From Dehalococcoidia bacterium (lineage in GTDB: Bacteria > Chloroflexota > Dehalococcoidia > UBA6926), in contig JBJKVP010000004.1 of assembly GCA_045562535.1 (NCBI GenBank), positions 2,318-66,317 of the forward strand: DNA of 64,000 bases, given 5' to 3'. Below, in pieces: positions 1 to 9,600 of the stretch. A program made the position numbers and the translations under genes. The notes beneath the pieces are model-generated. The model was not told where the DNA came from. It did no database searches and saw nothing but the letters and a program-made list of their open reading frames with translations. Numbering within the stretch: the first letter of the stretch is position 1; each line of letters opens with the position of its first letter.

Positions 1-662
1 GTAAGCAACCCAGCTGTCAAACCATAAAATCCGATGCACCAAATATGATCGATCATTTATGCACCGAATGTAACGAACACTTCACCTCTGTACGACAACT
101 ACTTGAGATGTGGCATATACCATACGACATAGATACAAATCTTGTTAGAGGTCTTGATTATTACACAAAAACCGTATTTGAAATCCATCCGGAACGCTCA
201 GGTTCTCAAACGGCTTTAGGTGCGGGTGGTCGATACGACGGGCTTATAGAACAGATTGGGGGTGCTAATACCCCGGGAGTTGGGTTTGGGTCAGGAATTG
301 AGCGCATCATAATGAATCTAAAAGAACAAAATACTGACCTTAAAAATGATATTCCTCAGAAAATAAGTCTCTATATTGCTCATATTGGAGACGAGTCAAA
401 GGAAATTAGTTTGAGATTATTAGGAACACTACGCAATCTAGGAATTCAAGTTAATGCTTCATCCAAATCACGGAGTTTAAAAGCTCAGCTACGGTCAGCA
501 AACACGATGGGTGTCACACATTCTCTAATATTGGGGCCCGACGAGATCGAACACAAGCAAATTAAAATCCTCGAAATGGGATCCGGCGAAGAGTCTAAAA
601 TCCAAATTGATCAAGTAGAAACATATTTTCAGCAAAAGAATCGACAAACATTTAATAACTGA
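1..662 (+). CDS. hisS: histidine--tRNA ligase, C-terminal part (5' end lies outside the window)
   Basis: The reading frame is open from the window edge. The motifs LVRGLDYYTKTVFE and GAGGRYDGL are typical of class II HisRS, and an anticodon-binding-like tail follows. Stop TGA at 660-662. Confidence 0.85.
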   Translation, partial: KQPSCQTIKSDAPNMIDHLCTECNEHFTSVRQLLEMWHIPYDIDTNLVRGLDYYTKTVFEIHPERSGSQTALGAGGRYDGLIEQIGGANTPGVGFGSGIERIIMNLKEQNTDLKNDIPQKISLYIAHIGDESKEISLRLLGTLRNLGIQVNASSKSRSLKAQLRSANTMGVTHSLILGPDEIEHKQIKILEMGSGEESKIQIDQVETYFQQKNRQTFNN

Positions 663-672
663 ACCTATTTAA

Positions 673-1959
673 TTAAGTTTTTGGTACCTCAGAAGCAAGT
701 GCATCTAACGCCTTCTGTACTATTTCTCTCCTGAGGGCTTTTTCATCCTCGTTAGAAATTTCAGCATCGCCCAACGGATAAACAATTCCTTTCCCTTGCA
801 CTACTCTGTTCGAGCCAACCATTCTTGCTACCGGAGTAACGGCGGTTACTTGTGCAACCGGTATGCCTGCTTTTTCAAGTTCTACTCCAATCGCAGCGCC
901 GCTGCGAGTACTAGTTCCTCAAGTAGACGTTAAAATAACTGCATCTACACCTGCGCTCTTTAATTTTTGAGCCATTTCTTGGCCCAAACGCCGACTATTT
1001 GCGATTGGATTCGCTAAGCCACTTGTCGAAAGAAATTCTTCATAAACTTTCCCTATCGCACCAGCGTCTTCTAATTCTCTTAAAATATCAACTGGCACCA
1101 GTCGATCAGGGTCATCTAGAACATGTCGGTTATCGTAACCTCTATGCTGTACGTCATAATCTCCGGCTTTTAGATCATCAAGTGACTCTATATCGTAAGA
1201 GCCCCATATTTCAGCGGCAATAGGAGGCATATTATCTGGATTACCCTTAGGGACAAGGCCGCCATCTGTAACCACAGCTATGGTAGCGTTGCTTAAATCA
1301 CTAACAGCTGCAGGTGCTGGAATTGGTTCAAAAGCTGTTTGAGTTAATTCACTTTTATAATTTTCACCACCTGTTTTAGCAATTATCATGTTTAAAATCC
1401 TGGTCGCCGCATTTTCTTCCAAGACTTCATCTCGCACAATACCTTGCGCAATGTAACCCTCTTCTTCGGGATGCCCAATCTCTTCATCATTGTTCAGTTT
1501 GTTTAATATTTCTGACATCTTACCAATGACTTCACTCATAGCACCAACATTGGTCCCCGAATCAATTATATAAATCTCTTGCCTGAAAAGATCCACTCCA
1601 GGATTTTCCTCAGCCATCCCAGTAACCACAGGTATACCTACTTGAGCACTCACTGCCGCACACATAGCACCTGCTGCAACCCCATATCTTCCCGCTTCGA
1701 AACAAGGTCCGGCAACAAAAAGATCAGCCTTTGCTTCCTTGACTGCATTAACAACATAGTCTGTAATTTCATCCAAATTTTCAGCAGCGTAATTGTCACC
1801 ACAAATAACAGTTGTGATTACTTCAGAGTCACCACCAATCAATTGTTGAAGAAGTCGCCCAGGCCCAACTGCTCCCTCTTGCGAAGAAACTCCGGTGCTA
1901 GCGAACTCTTCGCCTCCAACACCACCGAAAAACTGGTTTAGATAATGAACAACACGCAT
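673..1959 (-). CDS. grdB: selenoprotein B of a glycine/sarcosine/betaine reductase (GrdB/GrdF/GrdH family), read through the in-frame UGA at 919-921
   Basis: Track ORF 919..2070 stops at TGA (919-921). The same frame stays open for 81 more codons to TAA at 673-675, giving ...AVILTST-U-GTSTRSGAAIGVELEKAGIPVAQV...PLGD. The N-terminus MRVVHYLNQFFGGVGGEE starts at ATG 1957-1959 and is preceded by an AAGGAG RBS. The track's longer N-terminal extension overlaps grdE and is unlikely to be real. Confidence 0.8.
892..906 (-). promoter_or_regulatory. putative bacterial SECIS hairpin downstream of the grdB UGA
   Basis: On the minus strand, CGCAGC-GGC-GCTGCG forms a 6-7 bp GC-rich stem. It begins 12 nt after the UGA codon. 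Confidence 0.45.
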
Positions 1960-2005
1960 ATCAATTCTCCTTACTAAGCTTAACTTATACTTGAAGCGTT
2001 GGATT

Positions 2006-3274
2006 TCAATAGACCGTAGCCCTAATTTTAGATGCTCCTTGTTGATTGGTAATTCCACATAGAGCACCACCTTCTATATAGGTCATATTTTTTAACATAG
2101 CCTCTACCTCCGGTGTTCCAGCTATAATCCTTTTAGGAACACCAACATCCCATCCAGTATCTCCGCCTCCACCATACACAACAGCATCAACTTCAGGATA
2201 ATTAAATAGCATTGCCGACTCAGCTTTGCGGTCACCAGAGGAATCAGACACCTGCACTACTGTAGGCATCCCCATACTTTCACACAATCGAGCGGTTTCC
2301 CCCATATCTACATGAGGTGCTCCACCTCCATATTTTGTTAGAACAACACCATCAGCATTTAAAACAGATTTCGCCATGTTAGCAGCTAACATGCAATTAC
2401 GATTCCTATCTACTTCTTTCGAAGCTGCTACCATCACAATAACTCCTGCAAAAGTGATTTCCTTCGACCGATGCCTAGCTAGTAGTTCTTTAATCAAAGG
2501 ATGGTTCTGATAAAAATAAGTTTCTACTCTCATAACCCAGTAAGATGCAACTAGTGCTCCATCAAGGATTTCATTTGGATTCAATATAATTGGCATCATT
2601 CCTTCAGTATTACTTCCATATAGAATAGGCTCATCTTCTTCAACAGTCATTTGATGCCCGTGAATCTGAGCAATATAAGCAACACGAGGAATACCGGATC
2701 TCGAATCATCTTCAGTCTCGTTGAGGTCATATATTTCCAAATCGTCCGACCGCAAGCCTTGAGCGACATTAGCGAGATAAACGGATGCTTTGACAGACAA
2801 CATTCGTAATACATTTTGTGTGACATGCCTCGGAGAATCGTCCAAGAGTTTTGGAGATAAAACTATGTGATGTAAATTACCATAAGGGCTTGCATCTGCA
2901 GCTTCCCCTTCCATCTCTAATAGTTTTGATGTTATCCCAGGAAACGCGCTTGGGTCGATAATTGTTACAGCTGACCCCCTAAGAACATGGGTGGATCCTT
3001 GGCCAGCCAACGCAAATGGGCCCAATAATCCTGGAAAATCGCTGCCCGACCCGGTCTCTTTTGCTCTTGGCTCAACAATATCAAAAACAACGCCTATTCG
3101 ACAGGATTCGCCAGGGTTCGCAATTTGTATATCAATATCTTGGATTCTCCTGTCTTCCATTAGATGTTCTTTCAATTCATCGTGGTTTATAGTCAACAAT
3201 TTCCCTGAAAGAACCGTAGAGTCTCCAAATACCATGTCTTCTATATCGTGATTGATTATTTCTAATTCCATCAT
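2006..3274 (-). CDS. grdE: GrdE-type proprotein (component B alpha/beta subunits) of the reductase complex
   Basis: About 420 aa, sitting immediately upstream of grdB on the same strand. The text MELEIINHDIEDMVFGD...NADGVVLTKYGGGAPHVDMGETARLCESMGMPTVV resembles GrdE/GrdG/PrdA-family proteins. A GGGAGG RBS lies before the ATG pair at 3269-3274. Confidence 0.7.
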   Translation of the reverse strand: MMELEIINHDIEDMVFGDSTVLSGKLLTINHDELKEHLMEDRRIQDIDIQIANPGESCRIGVVFDIVEPRAKETGSGSDFPGLLGPFALAGQGSTHVLRGSAVTIIDPSAFPGITSKLLEMEGEAADASPYGNLHHIVLSPKLLDDSPRHVTQNVLRMLSVKASVYLANVAQGLRSDDLEIYDLNETEDDSRSGIPRVAYIAQIHGHQMTVEEDEPILYGSNTEGMMPIILNPNEILDGALVASYWVMRVETYFYQNHPLIKELLARHRSKEITFAGVIVMVAASKEVDRNRNCMLAANMAKSVLNADGVVLTKYGGGAPHVDMGETARLCESMGMPTVVQVSDSSGDRKAESAMLFNYPEVDAVVYGGGGDTGWDVGVPKRIIAGTPEVEAMLKNMTYIEGGALCGITNQQGASKIRATVY

Positions 3275-3398
3275 CGCCTCCCATCGGCATGAGCCTACCC
3301 TCATTGACACACGTTATGTCGACTTGGTAGTCTCTGTCAACAGATAGATCGTTTTCAAATAGCTACATAAGACGATTAATGAAAGGTTTGAGTGCAAA

Positions 3399-4841
3399 GT
3401 GCTAAACCCTGTTATAAAAGACGTAAAATTTTTTATGGCTCACACACCTGGATTAGTGCGTCATGGATCTAAGCCATCAAGAGAAATCAAAAAAAACCCT
3501 GAAACCTTAGATTTGATACAAGCAAGCCTCAGATCCTTTACTGATGCGGTATCCTATGCGCCTCACCAAGTTATGCTAGGTAATATTTATCCTGATGACC
3601 TCTCAGAGCTACAATCCCCGTGGTACGAAAATCTGACAGATAACTCTCCTAATAAGGGGCCGCATGGTGAACTGGTGGGGGAAGAGGTTTTTTATGGTCT
3701 AATGAAAAGTGTAGATGATTTTGGTCTTGTATCTATCGAAGAGAATTTTGCACAAAGAACACGCAGCAGCATCGATAAAATGAACTACCTCTCAAAAGAA
3801 GCATTACAAAAAATAGAGGGGGCCCCACTATCTGAAATAGAAAAACGACTAGCGGAAGACGAGAATGTCTTGCCATTAGCTCTCGGAACCGGAGAGATCA
3901 TCGGATTTGTTTCTACTGATTATGCAGAAGATCCTTCCTTGTCACCCGATATATTGTTGGAAAACCTCACTGTGAAAGCAACAGCTACTATGGCACTCAA
4001 ATCGGTTCTTGAATCAAATGCTGTGGATCCTGAAAGTATTGACTACGTTATAGGATCCGGGGAAGAAGCCATCGGAGATCGATATAATCGAGGAGGGGGT
4101 AACCTTGCAAAAGCAGTAGCCGAAGCAGCCGGGTGTATGCAATCAACTGGAGCTGATATAAAAGCGTTCTGTTGTGCTCCAGTACATGCAACTGTAGTTG
4201 GTGGCAGTTTAATAACATCTGGTGTTTTCCCAAATATAGCAGTAATAGGGGGATGCTCTCTAGCAAAACTTGGCATGAAATACCAAGGCCATTTAAAAAA
4301 AGGGATTCCTGTTATGGAAGACGTTTTAGTGGGGTTTGCGATATTGTTGGGACCCGATGACCAAACGAGCCCGATTTTGAGGTTGGATAGCGTAGGACGC
4401 CATACAGTAGCAGCTGGATCGATTCAGCAAAAAATTGTTGAAGCCCTCGTCCAAGATCCTCTATCTAGAGTAGGTTTAAAATTCCAGGACATCGGAAAGT
4501 ACGCGACTGAAATGCACAACCCTGAGATAACGGATACTGCTGGTAGTGGTAACGTACCACAAACTAATTATAGATTAATCGCAGCTTTGGCTGCATTAAA
4601 TGGTGAAATTGAAACAGGATCGAAATCCAGGGATGCATTTGTGAAAACTCACGGGATGCCAGGGTTCTCTCCTACCCAAGGTCACGTAGCCTCGGCAATA
4701 CCATTTCTAGGACATGCACTCGATGATCTAAAAAACGGGAAATATCAATACTCCATGTTCCTCGCAAAAGGAAGCCTATTTTTAGGTAGGATGACTCATA
4801 TGTCTGATGGGGAATCATTTATTCTTGAGAAAAATCATTGA
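3399..4841 (+). CDS. grdC: reductase complex component C, GrdC-like thiolase-fold protein
   Basis: GTG start. The N-terminus MLNPVIKDVKFFMAHTPGLVRHG...SYAPHQVMLGNIYPDDL...PWYEN resembles the GrdC N-terminus as I recall it. The central segment IGSGEEAIGDRYNRGGGNLAKAVAEAAGC...AFCCAP...IGGCS looks thiolase-like. Confidence 0.6.
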   Translation: MLNPVIKDVKFFMAHTPGLVRHGSKPSREIKKNPETLDLIQASLRSFTDAVSYAPHQVMLGNIYPDDLSELQSPWYENLTDNSPNKGPHGELVGEEVFYGLMKSVDDFGLVSIEENFAQRTRSSIDKMNYLSKEALQKIEGAPLSEIEKRLAEDENVLPLALGTGEIIGFVSTDYAEDPSLSPDILLENLTVKATATMALKSVLESNAVDPESIDYVIGSGEEAIGDRYNRGGGNLAKAVAEAAGCMQSTGADIKAFCCAPVHATVVGGSLITSGVFPNIAVIGGCSLAKLGMKYQGHLKKGIPVMEDVLVGFAILLGPDDQTSPILRLDSVGRHTVAAGSIQQKIVEALVQDPLSRVGLKFQDIGKYATEMHNPEITDTAGSGNVPQTNYRLIAALAALNGEIETGSKSRDAFVKTHGMPGFSPTQGHVASAIPFLGHALDDLKNGKYQYSMFLAKGSLFLGRMTHMSDGESFILEKNH

Positions 4842-4881
4842 ACGCTATAAAGTATTAAATGTAAGTAGATTGGAGGCTAAC

Positions 4882-5343
4882 GTGGATTTAAAAGGAAAGA
4901 ACGTAATCATAGTAGGTGAACGTGATGGTGTTCCAGGTCCGGCTATTGAAACTTTAGTGAAAAGTGTAGGAGGAACCCCTGCCTTAGTCCAAACTCAATG
5001 CTTTGTTTGAACGTCAGCAGGAGCGCTTGACCTGGAAGGTCAAGATGAAATTAAAGCAACTGTTGATGCAAAAGGCACCGAAAATATGGTGGTAATCCTT
5101 GGATCTCCGACTCCGGAAAGCGCAGAAGTATATGCGAAAACTGTTACAGAGGGAGATCCTTCATGGGTTGGACCATTAGCAGGCGTTGCGCTTAAACTTC
5201 CTGTTTATCATGTATTAGAGCCTGAGGTTAAGTCACAATTTGATCAACAAATGTATGCGGATCAAGTAGGAATCATGGAATCAGTTCTTGATACAGATGA
5301 TTTAATCGATGTAGTCAGCAAAGTCAGAAATGAACAACAGTAG
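4882..5343 (+). CDS. grdA: selenoprotein A (GrdA), UGA-Sec at 5008-5010
   Basis: GGAGG at 4872-4876 is followed 5 nt later by GTG at 4882. Track ORFs 4807..5010 and 5086..5343 share one frame and are joined across the TGA. The result is VDLKGKNVIIVGERDGVPGPAIE...QCFV-U-TSAGALDLEGQ, the canonical C-x-x-U GrdA motif, with Sec at residue 43. Confidence 0.85.
5026..5044 (+). promoter_or_regulatory. putative SECIS hairpin for grdA
   Basis: CTTGACC-TGGAA-GGTCAAG forms a perfect 7-bp stem with a 5-nt loop. It starts 18 nt after the U of the UGA. Confidence 0.5.
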
Positions 5344-5384
5344 CATAGCGAATCTTTAGCTAATACTGAATTAGGAGGTCAACA

Positions 5385-5633
5385 GTGGTGAATGAAGAAG
5401 GCATTGTCCTTTATACAAAAGTCGATGAGTGACCGAGTTGTGTTGAAGCGAAAGATTTTCTTATCGCCAATGAAATAGACTACACCGTAAAGGATGTTGT
5501 TGAGAATCGCGAATTCATGATGGAATTAGTAAATAATTATCGTCTTATGTCTGTTCCAGTACTTATAGTAAACGGAGGAGACCCTATAGTAGGATTTGAT
5601 AGAGCCGCATATTCCAAAGCTCTCGGTATCTAA
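5385..5633 (+). CDS. glutaredoxin/NrdH-like redoxin with a predicted selenocysteine in a U-P-S-C active site (absent from the ORF track)
   Basis: AGGAGG at 5373-5378 is followed 6 nt later by GTG at 5385. The translation is MVNEEGIVLYTKVDE-U(5430-5432)-PSCVEAKDFLIANEIDYTVKDVVENREFMMELVNNYRLMSVPVLIVNGGDPIVGFDRAAYSKALGI, ending at TAA 5631-5633. It shows the glutaredoxin fold signature: beta-strand, CxxC position, cis-Pro VP, and GF(D). Confidence 0.7.
5448..5467 (+). promoter_or_regulatory. possible SECIS-like hairpin for the redoxin UGA
   Basis: GCGAAAG-ATTTT-CTT(A)TCGC forms 7 bp with one bulged A. It starts 18 nt after the U of the UGA, the same spacing as in grdA. Confidence 0.3.
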
Positions 5634-5798
5634 TAATTCTAAGTTAAGGATGTAAGTCCAACATATAGTATTAATTAACTTGTTACGTTATAGTGTCGAA
5701 ATGATTAGAGAGATCACACAACTATCCTATTGTTGTCCGGTTGATATTTCAGCCGGGGGTATCTGGTAAACAAATAATTCTCTACAAAGAAAATATTA

Positions 5799-5824
5799 AG
5801 CCCCGAAAACATCGGGGCTTTTTT
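5799..5824 (+). terminator. rho-independent terminator closing the grdC-grdA-redoxin transcription unit
   Basis: AGCCCCGA-AAACA-TCGGGGCT forms an 8-bp GC-rich stem and is followed by a T-run. Confidence 0.7.
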
Positions 5825-5848
5825 AGTGGATAAAAAGGAGATCGAAAA

Positions 5849-6502
5849 ATGACCATACGAATAGGTGACGAAGCACCAAATTTCAAAGCAGAAACCACTC
5901 ATGGGGAAATAGATTTCCATAATTGGTTAGGAGATAGTTGGGGAATATTCATGTCACATCCTGCAGATTTTACTCCAGTATGCACGACTGAAATCGGAAG
6001 GGTCGCAAATTTACAGCAAGAGTTCACAGCGAGAAACGCAAAATTGTTAGTAGTCAGCGTTGGAACTAAACAAGGATTGACCCCAATAGAATCTCATAAC
6101 GAATGGATTCTCGATGTAAATGAAACACAAAACGCAGATGTTCAATTCCCTATGGTCCAAGATACTACCAAAGAAATAGCTAATAGCTATGGAATGATCC
6201 ATCCCAATGCCAGTGACACTCTAACCGTTCGCTCGGTGTTCATTATTGGACCAGATAAAAAAGTAAAACTGATAATTTCATACCCTGCATCGACAGGAAG
6301 AAATTTCTTAGAGGTCATCCGAGTTTTGGATTCGCTACAGTTAACTGCAAACTACCAAGTTGCCACACCTGCTGATTGGCAAAATGGAGAAGATTGCATC
6401 ATAGTACCAGCAGTGAGTAACGACGAAATACCTGAAAAGTTCCCTAAAGGACATACAGTTATAAAAGATTACTTAAGAACAACACCTCAACCAAACATAT
6501 AA
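5849..6502 (+). CDS. 1-Cys peroxiredoxin (Prx6-type)
   Basis: The motifs DFTPVCTTE, the downstream VRSVFIIGPDKK and a C-terminal extension are typical of 1-Cys Prx. A AAGGAG RBS lies upstream. Confidence 0.85.
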   Translation: MTIRIGDEAPNFKAETTHGEIDFHNWLGDSWGIFMSHPADFTPVCTTEIGRVANLQQEFTARNAKLLVVSVGTKQGLTPIESHNEWILDVNETQNADVQFPMVQDTTKEIANSYGMIHPNASDTLTVRSVFIIGPDKKVKLIISYPASTGRNFLEVIRVLDSLQLTANYQVATPADWQNGEDCIIVPAVSNDEIPEKFPKGHTVIKDYLRTTPQPNI

Positions 6503-6626
6503 GGATGCTTTAATTTATGAAAAATATATAACTCTTTTACTGATTCTGCAGGATTAGTTCCACAAGATGTATTTGATCGGTGTGTCGGTTACTAATATTA
6601 GAGTATAAGTTTCATTATTCTACCTA

Positions 6627-9600
6627 TCATCTCCAATCAACAGCTCTATTCCTATAATTATCGATATGAGTAGACTGAACTTCTTTAACAACTAAATTAA
6701 ATGTGCCTTCTTGACGTGAAATTTCGCCAGAAACTAAAAGCAAATTATTCTGTAGAACAGTTTTATTAGACTCCCATACATTTTCCCATATGACTAAAGG
6801 AATATGACCATACTCATCTTCTAAAGTAAAAAAATAGGATTTTGCTGACCTAGGATGTTGTCGCCTAACAACAAACCCAGCAGTAGTAATTATTTCACCA
6901 TGTTTCATTTTTTTTAAATCTTTACTCGTTTTGATTTCAGTTGAAATTGTTTTACGAATCTCTTTCATCATATGACCACGGGGTGAAAATTTTAAGGATT
7001 TTAATTCATTCATCATAATTTGACCGTCATTTTCATTAGGCATACTAGCCATTTCGTGATCAATAGGGAAAATCAAGCTATTTTGGTTATTACTTATTTT
7101 CTTATATAAGCCGATTTCCCATTTAGTATGCCTACGGCTAGAGTTAAAGGCATCAAAAGCTCCTGACTCAGCCAAAGACAATAATGCCTCTTCAGAAATA
7201 CTGTTCCGGTTAATAAAATCTTTTAGAGATTCAAAATTGCCTCCTTGGTTTTTACTTGAAATGATTTTCTGAGAACTGATTACCCCTAAATTTTTCACGT
7301 AACTTAATCCAGTCCTTATATTTAAACCCTCTATGGTTGATTTTAATAAACTGAGATTTATATCAGGAGACATTATTTTTATATTATGACGTTTTGCATC
7401 CTCTTTAATAGTTTCTAAAGACCAAAATCCCATTGGCTGCTGGTTCATTAATGAAACATAAAATTCCAAAGGGTAATAGAACTTAAGCCATGCCATTTGA
7501 TAAGCAGTAATACCAAAAGCATAAGCATGTGCCTCAGGAAACATATATTCACCATTCAATTTATTAAATATCAATTTCGCAGTTTTTTTAGAGACATTTT
7601 TACTAAGCGCACCTTGAATAAAACGATCTTGCCAATCCACATATAAGTGTTTTTTATGCTTCTGACTAAATGCTCGCCGCATTTGGTCAGCTTCTTTTGC
7701 AGAAAAACCTGCCACAGCCATACCTAGCTCATTAACTTGGTCTTGATATAAAATAATTCCCAATGTGCGGCCAAGAGGAACTTCCTCTAAAACATGATCA
7801 AATTTCCATGGTTTTCCGTTACGCCTTCTTATAAAATTCGCAACTCCATTACTAACACCTACTCCTGGCCTAACTGCTGCGACTTGATAAGCCATATCAT
7901 TTAAGTTAGTAGGTTTTAACCTAGGTGATGTCTGCATTTGCGCAGCTGATTCAATTTGAAAAACTCCAACCGTATCAGCCTCTTTAATTGAGTTATATAC
8001 TTTTTTATCTTCAAAATTTATACGTGAAATATCAATGGGTTTTTTACCACTTAGAGTTATATTTTTTAAAATATCATGCATCTGAGACAAAGTACCTAAA
8101 GCTAAAAAATCAATTTTTACCATACCTATCTGATCAATAGAATCCTTATCCCATTGCATTATATATCTATCTTTAACAGCTCCAGGTACAACAGGAACCA
8201 TATCAATAATAGGCGTTGAAGAAATAACCATTCCTCCAGAATGCTGTTGCAAAAATTTAGGGAATCCTATCAAATCGACAGCTAATTCAAATAAGTCTAA
8301 CCAAGGTTTTTGAGTATAAGGCTTATCAAGATCAATCTCGATTAGAGAATCAGTATCACCTACTTTATTCATGATTTTCTTTACTTCTAAAGAATTGATA
8401 TTTAGTACTTTACCAATATCACCAAACGAGGATTTAGTTTTATATGTACTTATTGCACCTGTTAGAGCAGCATATTCCCACCCATATTTTGAATGGACTC
8501 TCTTAATCAACTCTTCTCTAATATCTCTAGGAAAATCTAAATCTATATCTGGAACATTGTTCGAATCTTCCGGCAAAAATCGATCTAAACCTAAATCATA
8601 ATTTAAAGGGTCAATATGGCTTAATCCAATCAAATACCCAACAAGCATTGCAACTGACGAACCTCTACCACGCCCTGGTGAATTGTTTATGCTCGATAAA
8701 TTAGGGCTATTGCTATTCAATTCGACTATAATCTCAAGCGCTATTTGTATGATGTCATAATAAATTAGAAAAAAACCGGATAATTTATGTTTCCTAATAC
8801 GCCGTAACTCTTCATCTAATCTACCTCTTACCCTAGTTGATATAGAGCCGTATTTATCTTTAGCTGCTTTCTCACATATATGCCTAAGATACTGATTTAC
8901 ACTAGATCCGTCCGGTGTCCTATATTCAGGGAATTCATATATCACCTCTTTCTCAAGGTTAAAATCACACCTTTCAGCAATTTTTAACGTATTTTCTAAA
9001 GATTCTGGAGAGGAAGAAAATAAAGCTTCCATTTTTTCTGCAGACTTTAGAAAAAATTGGTCATTAGATCTATGGTATTTATGACTATTATCGAGTGTTA
9101 AATTATTTTTTATTGAAACCAAAGTATCATTCAATTTATATCTACTCTGTATATGATAGTGAACATTATTTGTAGCTACTGTGGGAATATTATTTCTCTT
9201 ACTGATATCAAGTAATAAATTGTTACGCGCTGTATCGCCATGGATAAAATTCTGTTGCATTTCTAAATATAAATTCTCGGTTCCAAAAATATCAGAGTAT
9301 TCTTTAAGTGTTTTCTCTGCTTTATCAAAAGAGCCAATATTTAATAATTGAGGTATATATCCCTTCGAACAACCCGTCAAAGCTATTAAACCTTCAGCGT
9401 ATTTTTTTAATAATTCCATGTCTACTTGAGGTTTTGTACGTTGCTCGTTTATATGGGCATAGGAAATCATTCTTGAAAGATTAGAGTATCCTTTCTTATT
9501 TTTCGCAAGTAGTGTGAGATGATATCCACCCTCCAATGTAATCTCAGACCCTATTATGGGTTGTATACCTATATCGTTTGCAGCTTTAGTAAATTCCATA

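Noticed and set aside
1960-2070. N-terminal extensions given by the ORF track for grdB (to 2070), grdA (from 4807), the NHL protein (from 11360, inside the tRNA) and the lipoprotein (to 62703)
   Set aside because: Each extension overlaps the neighbouring gene or the tRNA and lacks an RBS. Downstream starts with good Shine-Dalgarno sequences reproduce family-typical N-termini or signal peptides.
5392-5478. Conventional 28-aa ATG ORF (MKKALSFIQKSMSDRVVLKRKIFLSPMK) in the grdA-downstream gap
   Set aside because: It is in a different frame from the UGA-containing redoxin. It has poorer RBS spacing and no recognisable fold. The competing frame gives an 82-codon glutaredoxin-like protein with the UGA exactly at the CxxC position.
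5634-5798. 165-nt untranslated stretch between the Sec-redoxin stop and the terminator, containing a 22-aa ORF (MIREITQLSYCCPVDISAGGIW)
   Set aside because: I could see no RBS, no convincing conserved structure and no family resemblance. It may be a 3' UTR or a small RNA, but I cannot support either from sequence alone.
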